This document shows positions 24,310 to 35,540 of a stretch of 64,000 nt of DNA, piece after piece. Source of the stretch: Octopus sinensis (lineage: Eukaryota); NCBI RefSeq assembly GCF_006345805.1, contig NC_043002.1, positions 108,934,001 through 108,998,000 of the forward strand, given 5' to 3'. Made by a program: the position numbers and the translations under genes. The notes below the pieces were generated by a model that was not told the origin of the DNA, made no database searches, and worked only from the letters and a program-made list of their open reading frames with translations. Each line of letters starts with the position of its first letter. Position 1 is the first letter of the stretch.

Positions 24310-24890
24310 CATTATTGTTGTTGTTGTTGTTATTATTATTGAGTGAGAGAGCAGTTCATGCCATCAAAGCGACACTGGGGTAAAATATACAAAGCCCAGT
24401 ATACCCATCATGACTACCCGTCTGATAAGGGTACGCCAGGCACATGCATCACAACCATATGTGTATGACAAGGTGATCTCATATCAAGATTAACAGTGCA
24501 TGACCTTACAGGTGGGGCCCAGTTAGAATTTTCTTCAGTTCGAGTAGCCTATCCCGCTCAAAAGGTCCCTGAATAAGGTTTGTTTAAGGATGTTGAATGA
24601 ACCACCCATGTTTCCAAAGGTGAATTATTCAAACCCCAAAGAATCCCTCTCAACACATGGCTATCATGCTCCCCCAATATTCCTGCTCGTGATCAGAGAT
24701 GCACATATCGTCAGCCACTAAGGGACATGCTCAACTGGTTACGGTCAAACAACCGACAAGCAAATCTGTGGAATTGAGCAGAATATTTGCTGTAGCCCAT
24801 CTTTTATACGAAGACAAAACAATGTACGTGATAACACTTCCAATCAGTTAAGATCAGAAGCCATGAGAGCCACTGCTGGTGGTGGTGGTG
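24310..24890 (-). mobile_element. Unclassified interspersed repeat with an (AAT/AAC)n tail
   Basis: About 550 bp of higher-GC non-coding sequence bounded by a TTA/TTG triplet run and a (GGT)n run. No second copy in the window. Confidence 0.4.
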
Positions 24891-24978
24891 GTGGTGGTGG
24901 CAGCAGAACCACCACTACCACCATCAATAGCAAGTCAAAGGAAAAGGACCGGTGCCAATAACCTGTGAAAACATGCCT

Positions 24979-25386
24979 ATAGGCGCAGGAGTGGCTGTGT
25001 GGTAAGTGGCTTGCTAACCAACCACATGGTTCCGGGTTCAGTCCCACTGCGTGGCATCTTAGGCAAGTGTCTTCTGCTATAGCCCCGGGCCGACCGATGC
25101 CTTGTGAGTGGATTTGGTAGACGGAAACTGAAAGAAGCCTGTCGTATATATGTATATTATATGTGTGTGTGTGCGGGTTTGTGTGTCTGTGTTTGTCCCC
25201 CTAGCATTGCTTGACAACCAATGCTGGTGTGTTTACGTCCCCGTAACTTAGCGGTTCGGCAAAAGAGACCGATAGAATAAGTACTGGGCTTACAAAGAAT
25301 AAGTCCCGGGGTGATTTGATCGACTAAAGGCGGTGCTCCAGCATGGCCGCAGTCAAATGACTGAAACAAGTAAAAGAGTAAAAGAG
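24979..25386 (+). mobile_element. SINE family A, full length
   Basis: Head to tail homology. Confidence 0.9.
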
Positions 25387-25656
25387 AGAGACTGGTGCAG
25401 TTGATGCTAAACTGGAACTTTTACAGGTTCCTGTATGCTGGGGAATAAGTGGGCAGATGTAAGGATCCAGAACGTTGCAGTATTGAAGACGGAGATTGGG
25501 GTGAAGTGTTTAGTGCAGGGTTTGTTGGGATGAAGTGAGAATCAGAAAGTTTATTAGCAACAACAAACGAATCTCAATTGTAATTGGCAACCGGCTCTTG
25601 TTTCATTTTGTTTATAATAAATAATGTGTATGTGATGATGATACAAATGATTGTGC

Positions 25657-25833
25657 AGTGGCTGTGTGGTAAGTAGCTTGCTTACCAACCACATGGTTTC
25701 GGGCTCAGTCCCACTGCGTGGCATCTTGGGCAAGTGTCTTTTTCTATAGCCTCGGGCCGACCAAAGCCTTGTGAGTGGATTTGGTAGACGGAAACTGAAA
25801 GAAGCCCGTCGTATATATGTATATGTATATATG

Positions 25834-25870
<37 letters not shown>

Positions 25871-26080
25871 TTGTGTGTCTGTGTTTGTCCCCGCCAACAT
25901 CGCTTGACAACCGATGCTGGTGTGTTTACGTACCCGTAACTTAGCGGTTTGGCAAAAGAGACCGATAGAATAAGTACTAGGCTTACAAAGAATAAGTCCC
26001 AGGGTCGATTTGCTCGACTAAAGGTGGTGCTCCAGCATGGCCACAGTCAAATGACTGAAACAAGTAAGAGAAATAAGAGA
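25657..26080 (+). mobile_element. SINE family A, near full length
   Basis: Head to tail homology. Confidence 0.9.
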
Positions 26081-26157
26081 AAAAAATGTAGTAAAAACTA
26101 CATACAATGACATTTATAAAAAAAGAAAACATAGCAGTCAGCAGCCCCCACAAGATA

Positions 26158-26373
26158 CAAGGGGATGCTGAAAAGTTTTTGGCTTTGGGTAAAAGAAAAT
26201 ACGGGAGGATCAGGTAATTATGATTTTATTCACTATATTCCCCTTTCAGATTCACACACTTATTGCAGTGGTCCTTCAGATTTTCTAAGCCCTGTAAAAG
26301 AACTCGAGCAGTTGGACCTCCAACCAGGTCTTTTGCAATACCCTTAAAGCCAGAAGTTTCCAGCACCCCTTCA
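26158..26373. mobile_element. mariner-like MITE
   Basis: TA flanks and imperfect TIRs CAAGGGGATGCTGAAAAGTTTTTGGCTTT / TGAAGGGGTGCTGGAAACTTCTGGCTTT (reverse complement). Confidence 0.75.
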
Positions 26374-26784
26374 TACATAAATACTTTTATGAGACGAAAC
26401 AGTTCTTCGTGGAACATTCCTTTATAATTATCGTCCTATAAAAATACAGACTATTGAAAAAAAAGATAATTAACCAAATGCCAGATTAAAGGTTGTAAAT
26501 GTCAGAAACAAATGACTTGGGACACAACACAAACACTTTGAATAAATCAAAAGGCGTTAATTCTTTTATTCTTTCATTCTTTTACTTGTTTCAGTCATTT
26601 GAGTGGGGCCATGCTGGAGTACCGCCTTTAGTCAAGCAAATTGACCCAAGGACTTATTCTTTATAAGCCTAGTACTTATTCTATCGGTCTCTTTTGTTGA
26701 ACTGCTAAGTTACGGGGAAGTAAACACACCAGCATCGGTTGTCAAGTGATGTTGGGGGGACAAACACAGACATACATATATATA

Positions 26785-27592
26785 TCATCATCATCATCGT
26801 TTAACGTCCGTTTTCCATGCTAGCATGGGTTGGACGGTTCGGCCAGGGTTTGGGAAGCCAGGAGGCTGCACCAGGCTCCAGTCTGATCTGGCAGTGTTTC
26901 TACAGCTGGATGCCCTTCCTAACGCCAACCACTCCATGAGTGTAGTGGGTGCTTTTTACATGCCATCAGCACATGTGCCAGGGGAGGCTAGCAATGGCCA
27001 CGATCAGTTGGTGCTTTTTATGTGCATTTTACATGCCATCGGCACAGGTATCACAACTACAATTTCCATTTGATTTTTTGATGTTGATGGTGATGTACTT
27101 TTATTTGTCAGGTATTCGCAGTCACAGCATATCTCCAGAGGTCTCAGTCTTTCGTCATTGCCTCTGTGAGACTCAACATTCGAAGATCATGCTTGACCAC
27201 CTCATCCCATGTCTTCCTGGGTCTACCTCTACCCCGGATTCCTTCAACTTTTTGGGAGTGGCACTTCTTCACACATCTCTCCTCATCCATTCGTAGTACA
27301 TGACCATACCAGCACAGACGTCTCTCTTGCACGCCACATCAATGCTTCTTATGTCTGGCATTTCTCTCAGGGCATTACATTCTGTCATGTATGCAGACTG
27401 ACATTACACATCCAGCGGATCATGCTAGCTTCATTTCTTTCAAGCCTACATATGTCCTCTGTAGTCACAACCCACGTTTCACTACCGTGAAGCATGGCAC
27501 TTCACACACATGCGTTGTACAATCTACCTTTCACTCTGAGTGAGAGACCCTTTGTCACCAGTAGGGGTAGGAACTTTCTAAACTTTGCCCAG

Positions 27593-27596
<4 letters not shown>
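26785..27596 (-). mobile_element. RTE 3' fragment nested in a SINE microsatellite
   Basis: ORF 27144-27332 contains ERRLCWYGHVLRMDEERCVKKC..GRGRPRKTWDEVVKHDLR. Confidence 0.88.
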
Positions 27597-27628
<32 letters not shown>

Positions 27629-27629
<1 letters not shown>

Positions 27630-27818
27630 CTTGGGTGTGTGTACTGTTAGCTATTTTTTTTCCTCCGTCTTCCCTTTCTTGGATCTTTTCTTTTCCTATG
27701 TTTCTGACGAAGAGCTCCGCTCGAAACGTTAAACCCTCCTTCTTTCCTGAGCGTCCAATAATACTATACTTGTTCCACGTCCTTGCGTTGTTGTGTTTTC
27801 ATGTTTGGATTAACTTTA
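27629..27818 (+). mobile_element. Penelope-like pLTR fragment carrying the intact hammerhead
   Basis: Pyrimidine-rich 190 bp segment between two (TA)n tracts, containing the 27700-27734 hammerhead. Confidence 0.6.
27700..27734 (+). ncRNA. Minimal type I hammerhead ribozyme motif (Penelope pLTR type)
   Basis: GTTT-CTGACGA-A-GAGC(tcc)GCTC-GAAA-CG-TT-AAAC: stem I GTTT/AAAC, full core, stem II 4 bp, palindromic AACGTT stem III, predicted cleavage after 27730. Confidence 0.8.
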
Positions 27819-27820
27819 TT

Positions 27821-27851
<31 letters not shown>

Positions 27852-28019
27852 TATATATACATACATATGACAGGCTTCTTTCAGTTTCCGTCTACCAAAT
27901 CCACTCACAATGCTTTGGTCGGCCTGAGGCTATAGTAGAAGACACTTGCCCATGGTACCACGCAGTGGGACTGAACCTGGAACCATGTGGTTGGTAAGCA
28001 AGCTGTAGTTGTTGATGTT

Positions 28020-28230
28020 GCATTTTAGCCCTGTGTTAGTCCTAATTGAGTTGACCTATGATCGAAGACATTCCAGCCATGACTATCCCATCTTTTTTAA
28101 AGCATTATGTATTTTAGACTACATTACTCTATGGGTCTTTTTCTAAGATAATAGATTGTGATTTAGGGGAGATGTGACTGCTATTACTAACAAATCTAGC
28201 AACCATGAAGAGGACCCCTCATTGGGTTGT
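28020..28230. repeat. Representative of a repeat family of about 250 bp (other copies near 9780-9950, 14700-14850, 44750-44980, 45380-45600, 50450-50640, 50930-51110, 57340-57560, 60870-61070, 63240-63490)
   Basis: Recurrent blocks GACCTATGATCAAAGGCATTCCAGCCATGAC, GACTACATTATCC and GATTTGGCTGCTATTTCTAGCA in both orientations. Confidence 0.7.
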
Positions 28231-28518
28231 CATTAAATGTGGCTCTGGATAGAAAGAGAACGATTAGAAACAGTTGATGCAAAAGTTATCTTTTGTGTCT
28301 TGAGCCAATGAACCACCATCTACTTGGTTACTTGACTTGCTAAAATAACAGTGAAGTCTGCCCTAAATCACATTACTATCTTAAACAAGGAAGGGCACAT
28401 TTTACAATGTGGCTTCACATATAGAAATGGATGGATTGTGCCAGGTGGAATTCCTTTAATCAAAAGTTTAGTCAATCACAGCTGACGTAGAGTTTAACAA
28501 TTATTTTTATATTTAGTA

Positions 28519-29778
28519 CTAGCACCCTAGCGGTTGAGGGAACCTGTGGAAGAGGCAGACCCAGGAAAACCTGGGACGAGGTGGTGAAGCACGACCTTCG
28601 AACTTTAGGTCTCACTGAGGAAATGACTAGAGACCGAGACCTCTGGAAGTGTACTGTGCGCGAGAAGACCCGGCAGGACAAGTGAGTCCATAACCCGTGG
28701 CCTTCTACATGGGATGGAGCCAGCCTACATATGCATACCTTCCCTTCTTGGGACACAAAACTCTACTTGTGAAGACGTGATGAGGCAAGTGAGGATCAGA
28801 ATCGAAATCGATCAATGGAAATTGCGGATGTGCTACCAGTGCCGGTGGCATGTCAAAACTCTGCTTGTGAAGACCCGTTGAGGCAAGTGACGATCAGAAT
28901 CGAAATCGATCAATGGAAATCGATCAATGGAAATCGATCAATGGAAATTGCAGATGTGTTACCAGTGCCGGTGGCATGTAAGAGAACTTTCCGTTTCACG
29001 ACCGTTGCCAGCACCGCCCCGTTTCGTGTCCGTTGCCAGCCTCGCCTGGCCCTCGTGCCGGTGGCACATAAAAAGCACCATCCGTTCGTGGTCGTTTGCC
29101 AGCTCTGTCTGGCACCAGTGCGGGTGGCACGTAAAAAGCACCCACTACACTCACGGAGTGGTTGGCGTTAGGAAGGGCATCCAGCCGTAGAAACACTGCC
29201 AGATTTGACTGGGCCTGATGAAGCCTTCTGGCTTCACAGACCCCAGTAGAACCGTCCAACCCATGCTAGCATGGAAAACGGACGCTAAACGATGATGATG
29301 ATGATGAGTATTGCCTGGCGTTGCTCGGGTTTGTAAGGGAAATAACTATAAAGCATTTTTAGAGAGTTATAACCAAAAAATAGCAAAAAAATGCATTAAA
29401 AATAGGAAAAAAATGATGGTAAATTTTTTTTTTAAATCATTGACTCATCGTAGACATTTTTAGAGAGTTACTTCCCTTATATAATGGCGAAAAAATGCAT
29501 TAAAATGGAAAAAAATGATGGTAAATTTTTTTTTAAATCGTTGACTCATCACAGACATTTTTAGAGAGTTACTTCCCTTATATAATAGCGAAAAATGCAT
29601 TAAAATGGAAAAAAATGATGGTAAATTATTTTTTAAATCATAGACTCATCGTAGACGCGCACTAATACCCAGAAGGGCTCGATATGAATCACGACTATAA
29701 GATACCCGAATTTGGTTAAACTGCACCGCAAAATGTGGGAGTAGTTAGGAATCTAAATCTTACTTTTATATATAAAGA
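28519..29778 (-). mobile_element. Non-autonomous Helitron interrupted by RTE 28525-29306
   Basis: 5' TC at 29778, hairpin CCCGAGCAACGCCAGG near 29313-29329, terminal CTAG displaced to 28519-28522, and three internal units of about 100 bp. Confidence 0.85.
28525..29306 (+). mobile_element. RTE LINE 3' fragment, close inverted homolog of 17448-18220
   Basis: GTCGRGRPRKTWDEVVKHDLRTLGL coding end, the same internally duplicated 3' UTR and a (GAT)n tail. Inserted into a Helitron 3' end. Confidence 0.9.
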
Positions 29779-30084
29779 TATAAACTCAGATTTTATGTGT
29801 TAACATTTAATACATGAATTATTATCATGTACAGTGGTGCATCTGGGTGCACAGAATAATGTCACACTTCAAATATTTGCTTTCTTCTTTGACCTTGAAG
29901 TCAACTCCTGCTTGTATCTCATTTTTTCTTTAATCACTTTCGTTATCTCCCTTCTATTCACTCTCCTCTTATCTACCTAGTCTTAATCCCTCAACCCTTC
30001 ACAAGTAATCACCATCACAACCTGCCAAAACATTTCCTTTCTTGAGTGAAGGAAGGAGCCTGCATGAGCTCATTCAACCAACTA

Positions 30085-30298
30085 GAAATAGTAGCCAAAT
30101 ATCCCTCAAATCAAGTCCTGCTATCTTGAAAGGAACAAAATAGTAATTTAATGTCAATGCTAATGACTTGGAAAAATAGAATTTTTCGGTGGAAATAGTA
30201 GCCAAATATCCCTCAAATCAAGTCCTGCTATCTTGAAAGGAACAAAATAGTAATTTAATGTCAATGCTAATGACTTTGAAAAATAGAATTTTTCAGTG
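30085..30298. repeat. 107-bp tandem duplication
   Basis: GAAATAGTAGCCAAATATCCC...GAATTTTTC repeated at 30085 and 30192. Confidence 0.92.
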
Positions 30299-30729
30299 GG
30301 GAAATGAATGTAGAGAGTTTTATTAAATCAATTGTTAAAATATTAAATCCATGAATTGATTAATTAAAATACACAAATTTTTGACAAGTATACATTTGGC
30401 TGTCATTTTATTGATTTCTCTTTGAAAACTAATATTCATGATTCAGTTAAGTCACCAGCTGTGGAAATCTAGAAGTGATTTATATGAAACAATAGAGTCT
30501 GAAATGACTAAAGCTGGACTGCATCAAAAGAACAGTAAAGGCAAACAGGTCAGAAAGTAGGAGAAGTTAGTTTACTATGAAGAAAAAGACTGGTTTCAAG
30601 TTTCAAGCAGAGCTCCTCTTCTTCAAGAAAAAAAAAAGAAAAAGCAAGAAATGACTTAACAATACTAAATTATAATTATTTCAAATTTTGGCAAAAGGTT
30701 AGCAGTTTCAGGAAAGAGAATAAGCTGAT

Positions 30730-31310
30730 TACATTGACCCTTGCACTCAACAGATGTTTATTTGATCAACCCCCGAAAGGATGAAAGGCAAAGTCAACCG
30801 CAGCAGAATTTGAAGTTTGAACGTAAAGACAGACAAAATGCTGCTAACTCACTGGCATCAACCACACTCAAGTGGTGCTTTTTACGTGGTGCTGACATGG
30901 GAGCAAATCAGCCGGCACTGGCATCAACTATGCTCAAATGGTGCTTTTTATGTGCCATCGACATGGGAGCAAGTCAACCGGCACTGGTATCAACCACGCT
31001 CAAATGGTGCTTTTTATGTGCCACTGGCATGGGAGCCGGTCAGGCAGCACTGGCATCAACCACGCTTGAATGGTGCTTTTTGCCATAATAATAATAATAA
31101 TCCTCTCTACTACAAGGCCTAAAATTTGGGGGCAGAGGACTAGTTGATTACATTGAGCCTAATGCATAACTGGTACTTATTTTATCGACCCTGAAAGGAT
31201 GAAAGGCAATGTCGACCTAGGTGGAATCTGAACTCAGAATGTCAGGATGGACAAAATGCTGCCAAGCACTTCACCTGCTGTGCTAATGGTTCTGCCAACT
31301 CACTACCTTC
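30730..31310 (-). mobile_element. Two SINE family B-type fragments (about 30730-30850 and 31135-31310) around a 66-bp-unit array (30850-31080)
   Basis: GAAAGGATGAAAGGCAAAGTC blocks and GGTGCTTTTT units. Confidence 0.7.
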
Positions 31311-31346
<36 letters not shown>

Positions 31347-31444
31347 TCAATATAAAAAAAAAACTATAAAAACAAAACAAAAAACTGCACAAGGTGCAGC
31401 CTTGCCAGATCCTGTCAAACTATCCAAGCCATGGAAAATGGATA

Positions 31445-33070
31445 TTAAATGATGTTGATGATGATGATGGTCATGATGAGGGTGGTGGTGGTGGTGGTGG
31501 TGGTGGTTGATGATGATGGTTGTGGATGATGATGATGGTTGTTGATGATGGTGATGATGAAGATGATGATGATGGTCATGATGAGGTTGGTGGTGGTGGT
31601 GGTGGTGGTGATGAGGATTGGTGTGGATGATGTGATGATGGTGTGGATGATGATGATGATGAAGATGATGATGATGGTCATGATGAGGGTGGTGGTGGTG
31701 GTGGTGGTGGTGATGATGATGGTGTTGATGATGATGATGATGAAGATGATGATGATGGTCATGATGAGGGTGGTGGTGGTGGTGGTGATGATGATGGTGT
31801 GGATGATGATGATGGTGTTGATGATGATGATGATGAAGATGATGATGATGGTCATGATGAGGGTGGTGGTGGTGGTGGTGGTGGTGATGATGATGGTGTG
31901 ATGATGATGATGATGGTCATGATGAGGGTGGGGGTGTGGTGGTGATGATGATTGGTGTTGATGATGATGATGATGTCATGATGAGGGTGGTGGGTGGTGG
32001 TGGTGTGGTGGTGGGATGATGATGGTGGTGGCTGATGATGATGTGTTGATGATGAGATGATGAGATGATGAGATGGTAATGATGGAGGGTGGTGGTGGTG
32101 GTGGTGGTGGTGATGATGATGGTGTGGATGATGATGATGGTGTTGTTGATGATGATGATGATGAAGATGATGATGATGGTCATTGATGAGGGTGGTGGTG
32201 GTGGTGGTGGTGGTGGTGATGGATGATGGTGTGATGATGTGATGAGGTGATGATGGGGTGGTGGTGGTGTGGTGTGGTGGTGTTGGTGGTGGTTGATGAT
32301 GATGATGGTGGTGGATGATGATGATGGTGTTGATGATGATGATGATGAAGATGATGAGGTGATGGTCATGATGAGGGTGGTGGTGGGTGGTGGTGATGAT
32401 GATGGTGTGGATGATGATGATGGTGTTGATAATGATGATGATGATGAAGATGATGATGATGGTCATGATGAGGGTGGTGGGGTGGTTGGTGGGGTGATGA
32501 TGATGGTGTGGATGATGATGATGGTGTTGTTGATGATGATGATGATGAAGATGATGATGATGGTCATGATGAGGGTGGTGATTGTGGTGGTGGTAATGAT
32601 GATGGTGTTGATGATGATGATGATGGTCATGATGAGGGTGGTGGTGGTGGTGGTGGTGGTGATGATGATGGTGTGGATGATGATGATGGTGTTGATGATG
32701 ATGATGATGAAGATGATGATGATGGTCATGATGAGGGTGGTGGTGGTGGTGGTGATGATGATGGTGTTGATGATGATGATGATGGTCATGATGAGGGTGG
32801 TGGTGGTGGTTGTGCTGATGGGGATGATGATGGTGTTGATGATGATGGTGATAGTGGTGGTGGTGGTGGTGATGACGGTGATACAATCTGAGGGTGGCTG
32901 TACAGTGAAAGCATACAGTAGTAGTAGTAAAAGCATTAGCAGTGGTAGTAGTGGTGGTAGCGGCAGGGATAACAGTGGCAACAGTAGTAATACTTGTGGT
33001 GGCAGTGATGGTAGCAGTGGTGCTGGTGGTTGTAGCTACAGTAGTAGTAGTAGCAGCAGCAGCAGCAGCC
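31445..33070. repeat. (GAT)n/(GGT)n compound triplet repeat with a higher-order unit, grading into (AGT/AGC)n
   Basis: Recurrent unit GATGATGATGGTGT(T/G)GATGAT...GAAGATGATGATGATGGTCATGATGAGGGTGGTGGT... Confidence 0.96.
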
Positions 33071-33185
33071 ACCGTTGTCTCTTAATACATTCCATCATGA
33101 TACAACAGTCCAAGTTAGAAATGGAGGGAGAAAGTAATAATAACGGACCAACATAGAAATACAGAAATATAGAAAAGATAAATAC

Positions 33186-33294
33186 TTGAACAGAGAGCGA
33201 TCTTGGTGTTTGTATCTATGGATGCTTTCGGTTTACCGAGTTGAGGAACCCTCATGGGTATCACCATGGGAACAGGTACAGAACCAGCTGTCAT
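33186..33294 (-). CDS. DZANK1: DZANK1 coding exon 1 (MTAGSVPVPMVIPMRVPQLGKPKASIDTNTKIALCS)
   Basis: Matches the vertebrate DZANK1 N-terminus as I recall it ([21 protein letters not shown]). ATG at 33294, upstream acceptor TTTTTCAG (exon starts 33319), donor GTATTT, ends in phase 1. Confidence 0.92.
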
Positions 33295-33596
33295 CGTTAG
33301 AGCTCCCTCTACACACAATCTGAAAAATAAATAAGACAACATGTTACTTTTCAAACATGAGCCTAAAGTGGGTTGTTTTGAATATAAACAAATCAATCAG
33401 TTATGCTGGATTTTTACTCTACATCGGGGCAAGATTTATGGAATCTGAGATAAAGGTTGGGAGGTAGGTCAGTTGAAGAGCATTGATCTTTGGCAGATAT
33501 AATCACAGGTTTGAAGTCTTAGAAGTGAAACCACACAAAATTAATCAATGATCCTGCATATTTCAGCTGCTTTGTGGTAACAGAAGTGAAAATTTA

Positions 33597-33950
33597 AGGC
33601 GCAGGCATGGCTGTGTGGCAAGAAGCTTGCTTCCAAACCACATGGTTCCGGGTTCAGTCCCACTGTGTGGTTACTTTGGGCAAATGTCTTCTGCTATAGC
33701 CTTGGGCTAGCCAAAGGCTTGCAAGTGGATTTTGTAGATGGAAAGTGAAAGAAGCCTATTGTATACATATACACACACGCTTTTTTCAGTCATTTGACTG
33801 TGGCCATGCTGGAGCATCGCCTTTAGTTGAGCAAATCAACTTGCTGAACCGCTAAGTTACGGGGACGTAAACACACCAGCATTGGTTGTCAAGCAATGCT
33901 GAGAGGACAAACACAGACAAATAAAGATATACACATATATACATATATAT
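33597..33950. mobile_element. Rearranged SINE family A (5' half plus, 3' half minus)
   Basis: Head on plus at 33597-33780 and tail portion on minus at 33781-33950. Confidence 0.75.
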
Positions 33951-34215
33951 GTGACGACTGTGCCCTGTGTAGTTACAGACTGCTCTTTTGCAAAGCATGG
34001 TACCTGTTCAGCCACCCTACCAAGGAAATGGCAAATTCATGAGGCTGTAGCATGGCGATTGTGAAGAGGTAGTGGAAGAGCTCAACTGAGCCAACAGTGC
34101 TTCTTACATGGATGCTGAGAGAAGCAATTCTACAATATCAGCGGTCAAGATTATCAAGCTCAATCAAGAGAGCAACTGCAATACATTGATAGAGGTGGCG
34201 TCCATGGTTGTGTAA

Positions 34216-34616
34216 TCTTTATATATAAAAGTGAGGTTGTGTGCTGTCTGTCTCCTACGATTTAGATTTCAAACTACTCCCACATTTTGCGGTGCAGTTT
34301 AACCAAAACCGGATATCTTATAGTCGTGATTCATATCAAGCCCTTCTGGGTATTAGCGCGCGTCTACAATGAGTCTACGATTTTTAAAAAAAAATTACCA
34401 TCATTTTTTTCCATTTTAATGCATTTTTTCACTATTATATAAGGGAAGTAACTCTCTAAAAATGTCTGTGATGAGTCAACGATTTAAAAAAAAATTACCA
34501 TCATTTTTTTTCCATTTTTAATGCATTTTTTTGCTATTTTTTGGCTATAACTCTCTAAAAATGCTTATATAGTTATTTCCCTTACAAACCCGAGCAACGC
34601 CGGGCGATACTGCTAG
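34216..34616 (+). mobile_element. Complete non-autonomous Helitron
   Basis: Inserted between A (34215) and T (34617). 5' TCTTTATATATAAAA, subterminal hairpin CCCG-AGCAACGC-CGGG, 3' CTAG, no TSD. Confidence 0.9.
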
Positions 34617-35035
34617 TCAGCTAATAAAAGATGCCCTATGACTCAGGTTCCCAATTCAAAATCGTTATAATGGAATTGGATGGCGACAGAGAGTCGTGGG
34701 AATCTGCAAAAGCAGCAAAAAGTGAAAAATACAGAGTTCAAGTACACTGCAGCCCGTCAGAAAAGTTTAGGTGACAGAAAGCAGACATATTAGTCAAGTA
34801 AAGTAAGACAGCGATGAAAGCTAGAAATACATGCACAGTACACAGAATAAAACAGAAAAAGGCAGAAAAGTGAACATTAAAAGAATCATTACGAGGAAAG
34901 GATGCATAGATATGTCAGGAGTAATGTTGGTGAATTTCAGGAAGCATGGAATCTTTGAAGGATTCAGTGTCTTGACAGCTAACAGCTGATGTTCTCAGTT
35001 TACTCCAATTCTGAGCAGCATGAAAAACAACGGGA

Positions 35036-35420
35036 GTGGCGCAGGAGTGGCTGTGTGGTAAGTAGCTTGCTAACCAACCACATGGTTCCGGGTTCAGTCC
35101 CACTGCGTGGCATCTTGGGCAAGTGTCTTCTGCTATAGTCCCGGGCCGACCAATGCCTTGTGAGTGGATTTGGTAGACGGAAACTGAAAGAAGCCTGTCG
35201 TATATATGTATATATGTGTATGTGTTTGTCCCCCTAGCATTGCTTGACAACCGATGCTGGTGTGTTTACGTCCCCGTAACTTAGCGGTTCGGCAAAAGAG
35301 ACCGATAGAATAAGTACTGGCTTACAAAGAATAAGTCCCGGGGTCGATATGCTCGACCAAAGGCGGTGCACCAGCATGGCCGCAGTCAAATGACTGAAAC
35401 AAGTAAAAGAGTAAAAGTGT
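35036..35420 (+). mobile_element. SINE family A, full length
   Basis: Head to tail homology. Confidence 0.9.
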
Positions 35421-35540
35421 AAGAGTAACGCTTTTAAAATTCATGGGTTACATATATATTTATATATATATAATTTTCTAACTTGGTAGAAAATTATCCA
35501 CCAACAACTTTGGCCACTATTGTGAATTATATATATATTC

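Larger units (their letters stand above)
26566..28004 (-). mobile_element. SINE family A split in two (26566-26785 and about 27855-28004) by nested RTE and Penelope fragments
   Basis: The 3' and 5' halves are in the same orientation on either side of about 1.07 kb of inserts. Confidence 0.8.

Noticed and set aside
31445-33156. Long Asp/Gly-, His- or Met/Val-rich ORFs resembling biomineralisation or His-rich beak proteins
   Set aside because: Triplet repeats are open in most frames on both strands. The array grows out of a retroposon tail, lies in a DZANK1 intron and has no signal peptide or splice support.
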